This document shows, one piece after another, positions 49,523 through 59,141 of a stretch of 64,000 nt of DNA. The position numbers and the translations under genes were made by a program. How positions within the stretch are numbered: the first letter of the stretch is position 1; each line of letters begins with the position of its first letter. The notes beneath the pieces are model-generated. The model worked only from the letters and a program-made list of their open reading frames with translations. It did not search any database and was not told where the DNA came from. The stretch comes from a virus: positions 1-64,000 of the IMG/VR virus record IMGVR_UViG_3300030108_003783. One strand, written 5' to 3'.

Positions 49523-49930
49523 ATGAAACAAAAAATAGGCATAATAGGAAGTAGAGAATACTCTAATAAAAGAAAGATAAAAGATACTATATTCAAATTA
49601 AAAAACAAGTTTGGTGAAAACGTTGAAATAGTATCTGGAGGTTGTCCTCATGGAGCTGACAAATATGCAAAGAAATATGCTCTAGATTTTGAATTAAAAT
49701 ACAGGGAATTCAACCCAGCTCATACAGTTCAAAATTTATATTCAGCTATGCATGAAAATTATTATGGAAAAGAATATACTCCAAAACATTTTTTCCATAG
49801 AAATAAATTACTTGCAAAATACGTAGATTATATAATAGCTTTTATACCAAAAGATGCTCCATCTAATGGTACAATAGATACAGTTAAACATGCTAAAAAA
49901 TTAGGAAAAAAAGTTGTCGTAATTACCTAG
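49523..49930 (+). CDS. SLOG-superfamily (DprA/YspA-like) protein
   Basis: IGIIGSR, IVSGG...GAD, RN, S.GT..T...A. Confidence 0.8.
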   Translation: MKQKIGIIGSREYSNKRKIKDTIFKLKNKFGENVEIVSGGCPHGADKYAKKYALDFELKYREFNPAHTVQNLYSAMHENYYGKEYTPKHFFHRNKLLAKYVDYIIAFIPKDAPSNGTIDTVKHAKKLGKKVVVIT

Positions 49931-49946
49931 TTTAAATATATATCTA

Positions 49947-49956
49947 TATATTTATA
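49947..49956 (+). promoter_or_regulatory. Class B promoter motif at the head of the glycosylation cluster
   Basis: TATATTTATA. Confidence 0.5.
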
Positions 49957-49972
49957 TACGAAGGAAATGGTT

Positions 49973-50146
49973 ATGAAATGTCGAGAAACAAAATTAACAT
50001 CTGTAAATGTCAATGACAATATAAGGAAAGAATTCAAGAAAATTGCAATTGATGAAGATATTACTTTTCAAAAGTTAGTAAATATAGCTTTGGAATTGTA
50101 TACAAAAGATGAGCAGTTTAGAAAGACTATAAATAAAAGGAGATAG
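49973..50146 (+). CDS. 57-aa ribbon-helix-helix-like DNA-binding protein not in the ORF track
   Basis: MKCRETKLTSVNVNDNIRKEFKKIAIDEDITFQKLVNIALELYTKDEQFRKTINKRR; AAGGA upstream. Confidence 0.7.
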   Translation: MKCRETKLTSVNVNDNIRKEFKKIAIDEDITFQKLVNIALELYTKDEQFRKTINKRR

Positions 50147-50151
50147 GTTAT

Positions 50152-51588
50152 ATGCAATTACCCAAGCTAAGCAGAGTTGTCAAAAGAAAGAAAAAAAAGA
50201 TTTTGCTATTATCTGATGATATGAGACTAAAGTCTGGCGTTGGAACAATGTCAAAAGAAATAATAAGAGGTACAGTAGATAAGTATGACTGGGTTCAAAT
50301 CGGAGGAGCACTCAATCACCCAGATGCAAACAAAGGCTTTTTTGATATATCTCAAGATGTAAAAAAGATGAGCGGAGTAGATGATGCAAGTGTAAAGATT
50401 TTACCAGTTGCTGGTTATGGTGATCCTCATGTCTTAAGAAATGTAATTAAACATGAAAAACCAGATGCAATTGTACATTTTACAGACCCAAGATTTTGGG
50501 GGTGGTTGTATAATATGGAACACGAAATAAGACAAAACATTCCAATTGGATATTTAAATATTTGGGACGATTTACCATTCCCTCATTGGAATGAAAATGC
50601 CTATGAATCATGCGATTTATTAATGGCTATTTCTAAACAAACTTATAATATAAATAAAAATGTTTGTCAAAGAAAACCAAGAACTAATTGGGACTTAACA
50701 TACGTTCAGCATGGTATAGATGAAAATATATTTAAACCGATAGACAAAACTGATCCAGAGTTTATAAAATTCAAAAGCGATATTTGTAAAAACAAGGAAT
50801 ACGACTTCATAGCATTTTTTAATTCTAGAAATATTAGAAGAAAATGCCCATCTGATTTAATTTTAGCTTTTTCAAAATTTTGTGATATGCTTCCAAAAGA
50901 AAAATCTGAAAAATGTTTACTCTTAATGCATACAGACCCAGTTGATCCTAATGGTACAGATTTACCAGCAGTAGCATCAGCTCTATGTAAAAATGCAGAA
51001 GTAAAATTTAGTGCACAAAAATTAGACGAAAAGAATTTAAATTTTATGTATAATTTAGTCGATTTATGTTGCAATCCATCTTCAGCTGAAGGTTTCGGTT
51101 TATCTCATATGGAAGCAATGATGTCAGGTACACCAACTATAGCAACTGTATTAGGAGGTTTACAAGATCAAATGGGATTCAAAATAGACGGAGAAGAGTT
51201 TAACGTTGACCACTTGACTTCGGAAATACCAAGTAATTCAACTGGAGAGTTATCAACTGATCACGGTTCTTGGACTTTACCATTATGGCCTCAAATGAAT
51301 TTGCAAGGTTCACCAGCAACACCTTACATTTATGATTCAAGAGCAAGTGTTAGTCAAATTGCAAATCAATTAAAAGTTTGGTATGACAGAGGAAATGATG
51401 ATAGAGAGAAAAGAGGATTAGAAGGAAGGAACTGGGCAATAGAAAATGGTTTTAATAATAAAGGTATGTGCAAAGCTTTCATCGATTCTATGGAGGGTTT
51501 ATTTGAAAATTGGAAACCAAGAGAAAGATTTACTTTAGAAAAAGTTGAAGAAAGTAAATGCATATATCCACAGGGAGAGTTAATATGA
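50152..51588 (+). CDS. GT-B (GT4-like) glycosyltransferase
   Basis: SGVG, HGID, RNIRRK, SAEGFGLSHMEAMMSGTP. Confidence 0.88.
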   Translation: MQLPKLSRVVKRKKKKILLLSDDMRLKSGVGTMSKEIIRGTVDKYDWVQIGGALNHPDANKGFFDISQDVKKMSGVDDASVKILPVAGYGDPHVLRNVIKHEKPDAIVHFTDPRFWGWLYNMEHEIRQNIPIGYLNIWDDLPFPHWNENAYESCDLLMAISKQTYNINKNVCQRKPRTNWDLTYVQHGIDENIFKPIDKTDPEFIKFKSDICKNKEYDFIAFFNSRNIRRKCPSDLILAFSKFCDMLPKEKSEKCLLLMHTDPVDPNGTDLPAVASALCKNAEVKFSAQKLDEKNLNFMYNLVDLCCNPSSAEGFGLSHMEAMMSGTPTIATVLGGLQDQMGFKIDGEEFNVDHLTSEIPSNSTGELSTDHGSWTLPLWPQMNLQGSPATPYIYDSRASVSQIANQLKVWYDRGNDDREKRGLEGRNWAIENGFNNKGMCKAFIDSMEGLFENWKPRERFTLEKVEESKCIYPQGELI

Positions 51589-52844
51589 GAAAGATATATA
51601 TAAGTTGTCCTGCAACATCTAGATCTGGTTATGGCGACCATTCAAGAGATTTAATTAGAAGTTTTATAGAAATAGATAATTCTCAAGTTACTATCATTGA
51701 TCAGAAATGGGGCGATTGTCCTCAAAACGCTTTAACAGCAAAAGATATAGATATCTCATCTAGGATATCACAAGATGGTAAGATTAAAGAAAAGCCTGAT
51801 ATTTGGGTTCAAATAACTGTACCAAATGAATTTCAACCCATAGGAAAATTTAATATAGGTATAACTGCTGGAATGGAAACAACAATGGTTTCACCAGAAT
51901 GGATAGATGGTATGAATAAAATGGACTTAAATATAGTTCCATCTAAACATTCAAAAGCAGTATTTGAAAATACAGTTTACGATAAGCATGATAAAAGAAC
52001 GAATCAAAAAGTTGGCACTTTAAAAGTTGAAAAACCTATAGAAGTAGTATTTGAAGGATCAGACTTAGAAGTTTATAAGAAAACTCAAGATATACCTGAA
52101 ACTATTAAAAAAGCTTTTTCAAACGTAAAAGAAGACTTTTGCTTCCTAACAGTTGGGCACTGGTTGCAAGGAGACTTTGGTCACGATAGAAAAGATCTCG
52201 GAACCACTATAAGATTATTCTGTGAAACATTTAAAAAGAAAGGTAATAAAAAGCCAGCATTAATTTTAAAAACTTCAGCAGCAGGTTTTTCAATAACTGA
52301 TAAAGAAGAAATGAAAAGGAAAATAAATGCAGTTTTAAAAGCTTGCAATTATTCTTGCAATGTTTATTTATTACACGGAGATCTAACTGACGAGGAAATG
52401 AATGGTTTATATAATCATCCTAAAGTAAAAGCAATGCTATCAATGACTCATGGTGAAGGGTATGGTAGACCATTACAAGAATTTTCAATAACTGGAAAAC
52501 CTACGATTGCTTCTAATTGGTCTGGCCAAACAGATTTTCTTTCAGAATACGGTTTGATGTTAGCTGGAGAATTAAAACAAGTTCATCAATCTGCAGTTTG
52601 GGATAAAGTTATATTAAAAGAATCTAAATGGTTTTATGCTGATATAAATTATACTTCAGCTGTTATTAGCGATGTATTTAAAAATTATAAAAAGCATTTA
52701 GAAAGAACTAGAAAACAAACTAAATACATAAAAGATAACTTTTCTTTAGCTGCAATGAATGATAAATTAAAAGAAGTTATTGAAAGAAATTATAATATAC
52801 CAGAAAAGGTTGAATTGAATTTACCAAAATTGGAGAAAATATAA
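51585..52844 (+). CDS. GT-B (GT4-like) glycosyltransferase
   Basis: SRSGYG, VPSKHS, DRKD, HGEGYGRPLQE; ATGA overlap start. Confidence 0.85.
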   Translation: MRKIYISCPATSRSGYGDHSRDLIRSFIEIDNSQVTIIDQKWGDCPQNALTAKDIDISSRISQDGKIKEKPDIWVQITVPNEFQPIGKFNIGITAGMETTMVSPEWIDGMNKMDLNIVPSKHSKAVFENTVYDKHDKRTNQKVGTLKVEKPIEVVFEGSDLEVYKKTQDIPETIKKAFSNVKEDFCFLTVGHWLQGDFGHDRKDLGTTIRLFCETFKKKGNKKPALILKTSAAGFSITDKEEMKRKINAVLKACNYSCNVYLLHGDLTDEEMNGLYNHPKVKAMLSMTHGEGYGRPLQEFSITGKPTIASNWSGQTDFLSEYGLMLAGELKQVHQSAVWDKVILKESKWFYADINYTSAVISDVFKNYKKHLERTRKQTKYIKDNFSLAAMNDKLKEVIERNYNIPEKVELNLPKLEKI

Positions 52845-53284
52845 TGAAAAAAGAAAACGAATGGATTAAAAGTCCAATAACAAATAGAGAAGAAGTTTTA
52901 ATGCACGAAGATCCAGCTGATGGAATTAGCAAAATGTGTATTGGTAGCGGTTTCTATACAAATGAAAACCCTTTAAATTATAAAAAGAATCCAGATTTTG
53001 ATATAGAAAAGTATGAATCTAAAATGCCAACTATATTGAAAGAGTTAAGATTTGATGATGGGGAATCTTATTGGTACCCATGCACAATATCTACAGCAAC
53101 AGCAATAGTATTTCCAGCTGGAACAAAGGAAGATTGGAAATGGTGCTATGCTGAGATAAAAGACCTTGAAGATCAAGTTGGAGATTATACAAGAAAATTA
53201 GATATTGAATCTGCTCAATACTTTGATAGATTTATTGAAGCAAGTAAACAAATAAATGGGTACAATTTAGATGAATTATCTTAA
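52844..53284 (+). CDS. Hypothetical protein
   Basis: 146-aa ORF, TAATG-coupled. Confidence 0.6.
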   Translation: MKKENEWIKSPITNREEVLMHEDPADGISKMCIGSGFYTNENPLNYKKNPDFDIEKYESKMPTILKELRFDDGESYWYPCTISTATAIVFPAGTKEDWKWCYAEIKDLEDQVGDYTRKLDIESAQYFDRFIEASKQINGYNLDELS

Positions 53285-53708
53285 CGAACATAGATATAAA
53301 TCTGAAGGTTTGCAAAGAGTCTCAACTTCGGGATTAGAAAAGGGTATGATAGTTTCTTGTAGATACACTAATAAAAAGGGAAGATCAAAGTCTCTTTTCA
53401 TATTAATTTTGAATCCTGGTTATGAAGGAAAAGTTCATGCAATAACCTTAGAAAAATTTTCACCTAAAGATTTAAATGGCTTAGCTGGTAAAGTTGGCGT
53501 TAGATTAATACCAAAATTTAGTGTAAGAGGTTTGAATTTCCCTAAGCTTGAAATGATCCAATCGTCTAGAAGATTTTATGGATCATTTTTAAGAAATATA
53601 AGAGATAAGTACGATGATTGTTATAGAACATATTTTACTAATAAACTTACAACAACATTCGTAGTAGATTATAAATTTGACGAAGATATAGAAAAGTTTT
53701 TACAATGA
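53271..53708 (+). CDS. Hypothetical protein
   Basis: 145-aa ORF overlapping both neighbours. Confidence 0.6.
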   Translation: MNYLNEHRYKSEGLQRVSTSGLEKGMIVSCRYTNKKGRSKSLFILILNPGYEGKVHAITLEKFSPKDLNGLAGKVGVRLIPKFSVRGLNFPKLEMIQSSRRFYGSFLRNIRDKYDDCYRTYFTNKLTTTFVVDYKFDEDIEKFLQ

Positions 53709-54142
53709 ATAAAATTATTACAGGTTTCACAGCAGGGAATTTTGATTTATTACATCCTGGATATATAATTACATTTGAGGAAGCAAAAAGGCATTGTGAT
53801 AGGTTTTTAGTTTTTTTACAAGATGATCCATCATTACATAGAAAATCAAAATATAAACCAGTTATACCATTGTACGATAGATACAGAGCTTTAATGTCTA
53901 TAAAATATATAGATGGAGTTTACACTTATCAGACTGAAGAAGAGTTATACGAGCTTATAAAGTTTTGGAAACCAGAAATAAGAATACTTGGTGAAGATTA
54001 TATTGGGAAACCTTTTACTGGTGATGACTTACCACCAAAGGTTATTTATACTTCAAGGTCTCATAAGTGGTCAACAACTAAATTAAAAGATTTGATAACT
54101 AGACAAACTATCAAACAAAACCCGGAGATATTTAAAAAATGA
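53705..54142 (+). CDS. TagD-like cytidylyltransferase
   Basis: GNFDLLHPGY (HxGH variant), LGEDY, STTKLK. Confidence 0.8.
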   Translation: MNKIITGFTAGNFDLLHPGYIITFEEAKRHCDRFLVFLQDDPSLHRKSKYKPVIPLYDRYRALMSIKYIDGVYTYQTEEELYELIKFWKPEIRILGEDYIGKPFTGDDLPPKVIYTSRSHKWSTTKLKDLITRQTIKQNPEIFKK

Positions 54143-54765
54143 AAATAAGTTACGCAATAACAGTATGCAATGAGCATAAAGAAATAGAAAAATTATTAAC
54201 ATTTTTATTTGAACACAAAAGAAAAGAGGATCAAGTCGTAGTTCAAATGGATATGAATGCAACTGAAGAAGTTATTAATATATGCGAAAAGTTTGAAAGT
54301 AAACCTATATCAGAATATAGTTTGAATCAATTTGCATTAAATAAAAATTTCGCATCATATAAAAACAATCTAAATAAAAATTGTAATGGAAATTGGATAT
54401 TTCAAATAGATGCAGATGAAATACCTAATGAATATTTAATCGAAGCTCTTCCGTTTATATTAGAAACTAATCCTGATATTGAAGCCTATTGGGTACCTAG
54501 AGTAAATACAGTTGCAGGTATAACTGATGAACATATTGCTAAATGGGGATGGAGATTAAATGAAGATGGCTGGGTAAACTTTCCAGATTGGCAAATGAGA
54601 ATATATAAAAATGATAAAAATATATATTGGATAAAACCAGTTCATGAACAATTGAAAGGATATACTAAATTTGCAAATTTACCAGCTGAAGAAAAATTTG
54701 CTTTATATCATCCAAAGGATATTGGAAGACAAGAAAAGCAAAATGCATTTTATGAAACGATATAA
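54139..54765 (+). CDS. GT-A (GT2-like) glycosyltransferase
   Basis: ISYAITVCNE, NFA..KN, IDADE, VPRVN, VHE. Confidence 0.85.
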   Translation: MKISYAITVCNEHKEIEKLLTFLFEHKRKEDQVVVQMDMNATEEVINICEKFESKPISEYSLNQFALNKNFASYKNNLNKNCNGNWIFQIDADEIPNEYLIEALPFILETNPDIEAYWVPRVNTVAGITDEHIAKWGWRLNEDGWVNFPDWQMRIYKNDKNIYWIKPVHEQLKGYTKFANLPAEEKFALYHPKDIGRQEKQNAFYETI

Positions 54766-54776
54766 GGAATAGAATT

Positions 54777-55424
54777 ATGGCAAATGGAATTTATAAAGTA
54801 ACAGAACAATTTGAAGAGAGACTTGCATCTTATACGGGAGCTAGATATGCAGTTACAGTTGACAATATGAGTAATGGCTTGTTCTTAGCTTTATATTACG
54901 AAAAAAATATTGCAAAATCAATAAAAGAAGATTTTGTGACAATACCTAATAGAACATATCCATCTGTTCCATGTGAAATTATACATGCAGGTTTAAAAGT
55001 AAAATGGAAAAAGTTAAAAAGTAAAACGTTAACTGGTGCTTATAAATTAGAAGGTTCAAATATTTGGGATTCGGCTTTAAGATTTACTCATAATATGTAT
55101 AAACCAAAAACTCATATGTGCCTTTCATTTACTGGCCCATATAAAACTTTCAAACTTAGTAAAGGTGGTTGCATATTAACAGATGATCATGAAGCTTATC
55201 TTTGGTTTAAGAGAGCTAGATTTAGTGGAAGGAGAGAATGTTCATATGAAGATGACAATTTTGATATGCTTGGTTGGAACTTTTATATGATGCCAGAATT
55301 AGCCGCAAGAGGTTTACTTTTAATGAATCAATTTTACAATATAGATGGAACTCCAAAAAAGAACAAAGATATAACTCATACTTATCCAGATTTGAGTAAA
55401 TTTGAAATTTATAATAAGTCATGA
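54777..55424 (+). CDS. DegT/DnrJ-like PLP sugar aminotransferase, short form
   Basis: FEE.LA.YTGA.YAV, DSA, LSF..PYK....KGG..LTDD, GWNFYM. Confidence 0.8.
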   Translation: MANGIYKVTEQFEERLASYTGARYAVTVDNMSNGLFLALYYEKNIAKSIKEDFVTIPNRTYPSVPCEIIHAGLKVKWKKLKSKTLTGAYKLEGSNIWDSALRFTHNMYKPKTHMCLSFTGPYKTFKLSKGGCILTDDHEAYLWFKRARFSGRRECSYEDDNFDMLGWNFYMMPELAARGLLLMNQFYNIDGTPKKNKDITHTYPDLSKFEIYNKS

Positions 55425-56065
55425 AAATAGCAATAATGCAACCTTACTTTGTGCCCTATTTGGGATATTTTCAATTGATCAATGAAGTAGATATATTCGT
55501 TTTTTATGACGACGTTAATTTTATTAATAGAGGTTGGATAAATAGAAATACTATAACTATGAATAACGAAATAAAAAGATTCACTGTGCCTCTTATAAAG
55601 TCTAGTCAAAATAAAAAGATAAATGAAATTGATGTTAATTGGGATAGTAAAGAAATTAATAAGTTATTAAAAACTTTCAGATACAATTTAAAAGGTAAAT
55701 CAAAAGCTATAAAAATAATAGAATCTATCTTTGAAGATAAACCAAAAAGCATTTCAGATATGGCAATTCAATCAATCAAATACTTTTGCAAAGAACTAGG
55801 TATTAAAACTAAATTTGAAAAATCTTCTGAGATAGAGTATAAAAAATCTGAAGATAAATTGTTAAACTTAGTTAATATATGCAAAAGTAAAAATATATCT
55901 AATTATGTAAATGCAGAAGGTGGGCATAAATTGTATACAAAGAAAGATTTTAAGGCTAATGGTATAGATTTGAAATTTCTAAAGGGAACGCCATCTACAT
56001 CAATTTTAGATATAATAGATTCTAAAGATATAAAAGAGAGATTACTTAATTATGAAACAATATAA
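55421..56065 (+). CDS. WbqC-like protein
   Basis: IMQPYFVPYLGYFQLI...D.FVFYDDVNF...GWINRN, Y.NA.GG..LY. Confidence 0.88.
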   Translation: MKIAIMQPYFVPYLGYFQLINEVDIFVFYDDVNFINRGWINRNTITMNNEIKRFTVPLIKSSQNKKINEIDVNWDSKEINKLLKTFRYNLKGKSKAIKIIESIFEDKPKSISDMAIQSIKYFCKELGIKTKFEKSSEIEYKKSEDKLLNLVNICKSKNISNYVNAEGGHKLYTKKDFKANGIDLKFLKGTPSTSILDIIDSKDIKERLLNYETI

Positions 56066-56831
56066 TAAAATATGCACAATAGATATGAGCAAGTCTTCTA
56101 AAAGTATATTAGAGGAATTGCAGCCAGTTTGGGGTAAGTTCAAAGCATATCATATTGAAAACGTAAATACCAAAGATTTTGAAAAAGAATACGAGGAAGC
56201 AGCAGAAAAATTAGGTGAAATTAGATTATGCCATCCTGTCAATGATAAAAGTACAGAATTTTCAAAGTCAAGAGATATAAAGTACAATCCAGAAATATAT
56301 CATTACTTTGCTTCTAATACTAGGCAACCATTGCATACAGATTATGCTTACTATCACGAGACAGAAAGTCCTGATTGGTTAATGTTATATTGCATGCAAC
56401 CTTCAGAATATGGCGGTAAAACTCACTTGCTGTCTACAGAGTCTTTGATTTCTATATTGAAAAAATATAATCCAAAACTTTTAGAAGATATAAAAGTAGA
56501 TGTTACTTGGAAATATAATGGAAAAGATGGAGACAAAATTCATAAAAAACCTATACTAGAAGGTCATAAAATAAATTGGAATTATTGGCAAATAAAAGAA
56601 GAATTAAATACACCAGAGGTAATGAAAATCAGAGAAGAATTTTTTACATTCTTAGAGAAAGTTATTGTTGATGGTTGTATGTATGACTTCTCAAAGATTT
56701 GGAAACCTGGAGACTGTATAATTTTTAATGACAAATTTACTTTGCATGGAAGAGATGCTTTCTTAGGTCAAAGATGGCTAAAAGATCATGCATTTTATTC
56801 AAAACAAAAAGAAAGGATGTATCATATATGA
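56052..56831 (+). CDS. TauD/clavaminate-synthase-like 2OG-Fe(II) dioxygenase
   Basis: PLHTD, LMLYC, GGKT, WKPGD.IIFND...LHGR, RWL. Confidence 0.85.
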   Translation: MKQYNKICTIDMSKSSKSILEELQPVWGKFKAYHIENVNTKDFEKEYEEAAEKLGEIRLCHPVNDKSTEFSKSRDIKYNPEIYHYFASNTRQPLHTDYAYYHETESPDWLMLYCMQPSEYGGKTHLLSTESLISILKKYNPKLLEDIKVDVTWKYNGKDGDKIHKKPILEGHKINWNYWQIKEELNTPEVMKIREEFFTFLEKVIVDGCMYDFSKIWKPGDCIIFNDKFTLHGRDAFLGQRWLKDHAFYSKQKERMYHI

Positions 56832-58501
56832 AATACGTAATATGGGTAGATAGTTACAGATCAAATAGTGGTGGTATTGCTGTATTGCATAAGTTAGGAC
56901 AGAAACTTCAAGAGAAAGGTTGCAGTGTATATATGTATTCACCTAAAAGTTTACCAGGATTAAATCTGATAGATAACTATGGTGTTGAAAGAATAAAAGA
57001 TGAAGCTTGGATAATATATCCAGAAATAGTAATAGGTAATCCTTTAAATGCTAAAAATGTAATCAGGTGGGTTTTAAATAGTCCTGGATATATTGGAGGC
57101 GATTCAAATACTTGGGGTAACAATGATTTAGTATATTCTATAGGTGATTATTTCAAAATAGACAAGTCAATAAATGTAGAAGGTTATCTGAAGATTTGGG
57201 ACTTTAAGCTTGATTATTGGAAAGATGAAAATTTGGAAAGGTCTATCGATACTCATCTTATTAGAAAAGCAAAAGATAGAGCTGGTTCTAAAAAGAATGC
57301 AACTTTTGATATGCACTCTAAAGATTCTATTTGTTTAGATGGAGATATTGCAAATGACTTTTCAAAATTAAAAGAAAAATTAAATCAGACAAAAACTTTT
57401 ATTAGCTATGACTCAGCTACATACTATTCAACAATTGCAGCATTATGCGGAGCAATATCAGTTGTAATACCAGATGGAAAAAATAGCAAAGAAGAATATA
57501 AAAGAAAATTCCCTTTATGTAAATATGGAGTTGCTTGGGGCTTAGACGATATTCAATGGGCAATAGATACAAAAGATAAAGTAAGACCTCACTTAGAAGA
57601 TATGGAAAAAGAATCCGATGATCTTTTAGATGAATTTATATTAAACACTTCAAAAGCAAAATTGTTTTTAAGAACAGCAAACAACAAAATCTTTTCAGCT
57701 GGTGAAGTATACAAATTAGGATTTCCAATTGAAGAACCTTTTTATATACCAAAAGAATACATTGAATCTAAAGAATATACAATATTAAGAACATGTCATG
57801 GCCTTGGAGATTGGGGTATTATTTCTTCTTTACCTAGAAAATTGAAAGAAGCATATCCTAATTGCAAAGTAAATATTCCATCGCCTAAATTACTTAGTGA
57901 ATTGTTCAAGGGTCACGAAGAAAGATGGTCTTCATGGGATAACCCTTTCAATGTAGTTAAAACTATATTTGATAATAATCCTTATGTTGATAATTACATA
58001 GACAGCTTTCAAGGTGAAATTTACAATGATCATTATCATATTTACGATGGAACAAAAGATGAACCTTTAGCAAAACAAATTCTAAGGTTTTGGAGAGTAA
58101 AAGATTTAAGTAATATACAACCAGAAATATATTGGACAAAAGATGAAGAAGAAAAAGCAAATGAAATTATAAAAAATAATCTTGGTGATGAATTTGGTTC
58201 TTTAATGTTATCTAATAGATTCAATAATGAAAGCATTGATACTATTCAATCTATATTAAATGATCAAAATTTACCTATAGCTTATTGGACTTCATCAGAA
58301 AATCATGGATTAGTATTTGACAAAAAATTAGATTTAAAAGATATAGATATAAGAATTCAATTGCTAATAAGATCCAAGGGCAAATTTACAGTTGGCAATC
58401 AATCTGGAGCTGTAGACGTTTTACCTAGGTACACTAAAACTTTTATTTTACCTAGAACTAAATTAAGAAGTAACATAATAGATGGAGCATATTATATATG
58501 A
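56828..58501 (+). CDS. Two-domain putative glycosyltransferase
   Basis: SGG..VLHKL, YPEI..GNP, SYD...Y....AALCG; second domain HGLGD...NNPYVD (GT9-like); ATGA start. Confidence 0.6.
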   Translation: MKYVIWVDSYRSNSGGIAVLHKLGQKLQEKGCSVYMYSPKSLPGLNLIDNYGVERIKDEAWIIYPEIVIGNPLNAKNVIRWVLNSPGYIGGDSNTWGNNDLVYSIGDYFKIDKSINVEGYLKIWDFKLDYWKDENLERSIDTHLIRKAKDRAGSKKNATFDMHSKDSICLDGDIANDFSKLKEKLNQTKTFISYDSATYYSTIAALCGAISVVIPDGKNSKEEYKRKFPLCKYGVAWGLDDIQWAIDTKDKVRPHLEDMEKESDDLLDEFILNTSKAKLFLRTANNKIFSAGEVYKLGFPIEEPFYIPKEYIESKEYTILRTCHGLGDWGIISSLPRKLKEAYPNCKVNIPSPKLLSELFKGHEERWSSWDNPFNVVKTIFDNNPYVDNYIDSFQGEIYNDHYHIYDGTKDEPLAKQILRFWRVKDLSNIQPEIYWTKDEEEKANEIIKNNLGDEFGSLMLSNRFNNESIDTIQSILNDQNLPIAYWTSSENHGLVFDKKLDLKDIDIRIQLLIRSKGKFTVGNQSGAVDVLPRYTKTFILPRTKLRSNIIDGAYYI

Positions 58502-59139
58502 AAAAGATAGTATACAATTCTGAAAAATTTAATTGGCAAAATTCTATTGCAAAATTATTTGGTGTAGATTATTTACATAACATAAATGAAAATGTAGAAG
58601 TATTCAAAAGAGAAACTGACCAGAATACAAAATTCCATAGTTTATTCTATGATTGGATAAGAAAGGAATCAACTGTAAAAATGTATACAGACTTTATAAA
58701 TGAAGTGGTAAGACCTCTTTACGATGAAGAAATAGTTTATCAATCCATCCCTACTTTCAGAGTTTGCTATCCTAATAATATAGCAGTTGGGGAATTTCAC
58801 AAAGATAAATATTATAGGAATATAGAATGGGCTGAAAAAGTAAAAGAGCTAAATTACTTTTTACCGATAACTGATGCATTTGAAACTAATACTATTTGGG
58901 TAGAATCAGAAGAAGATAAAGGCGATTATAAACCTATGAATTGCAATTATGGCGAATTAATTCAATGGGACGGAAGCAATCTAAGTCACGGAAATAAAAT
59001 AAACAAAACGGGAATGTGCAGAATATCAATGGACTTTAGAGTAATTAAAAAGTCAAACTATATAGACAGCGACCACGAAACGATTAACACTAAAACAAAA
59101 TTTGGTATTGGTGGATATTATAAAGAAACAGGAGAGTAA
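58498..59139 (+). CDS. 2OG-Fe(II) oxygenase-like protein
   Basis: YQ..PTFRV, FHKD, HGN..N.TG..R.S.DFR. Confidence 0.75.
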   Translation: MKKIVYNSEKFNWQNSIAKLFGVDYLHNINENVEVFKRETDQNTKFHSLFYDWIRKESTVKMYTDFINEVVRPLYDEEIVYQSIPTFRVCYPNNIAVGEFHKDKYYRNIEWAEKVKELNYFLPITDAFETNTIWVESEEDKGDYKPMNCNYGELIQWDGSNLSHGNKINKTGMCRISMDFRVIKKSNYIDSDHETINTKTKFGIGGYYKETGE

Positions 59140-59141
59140 AT

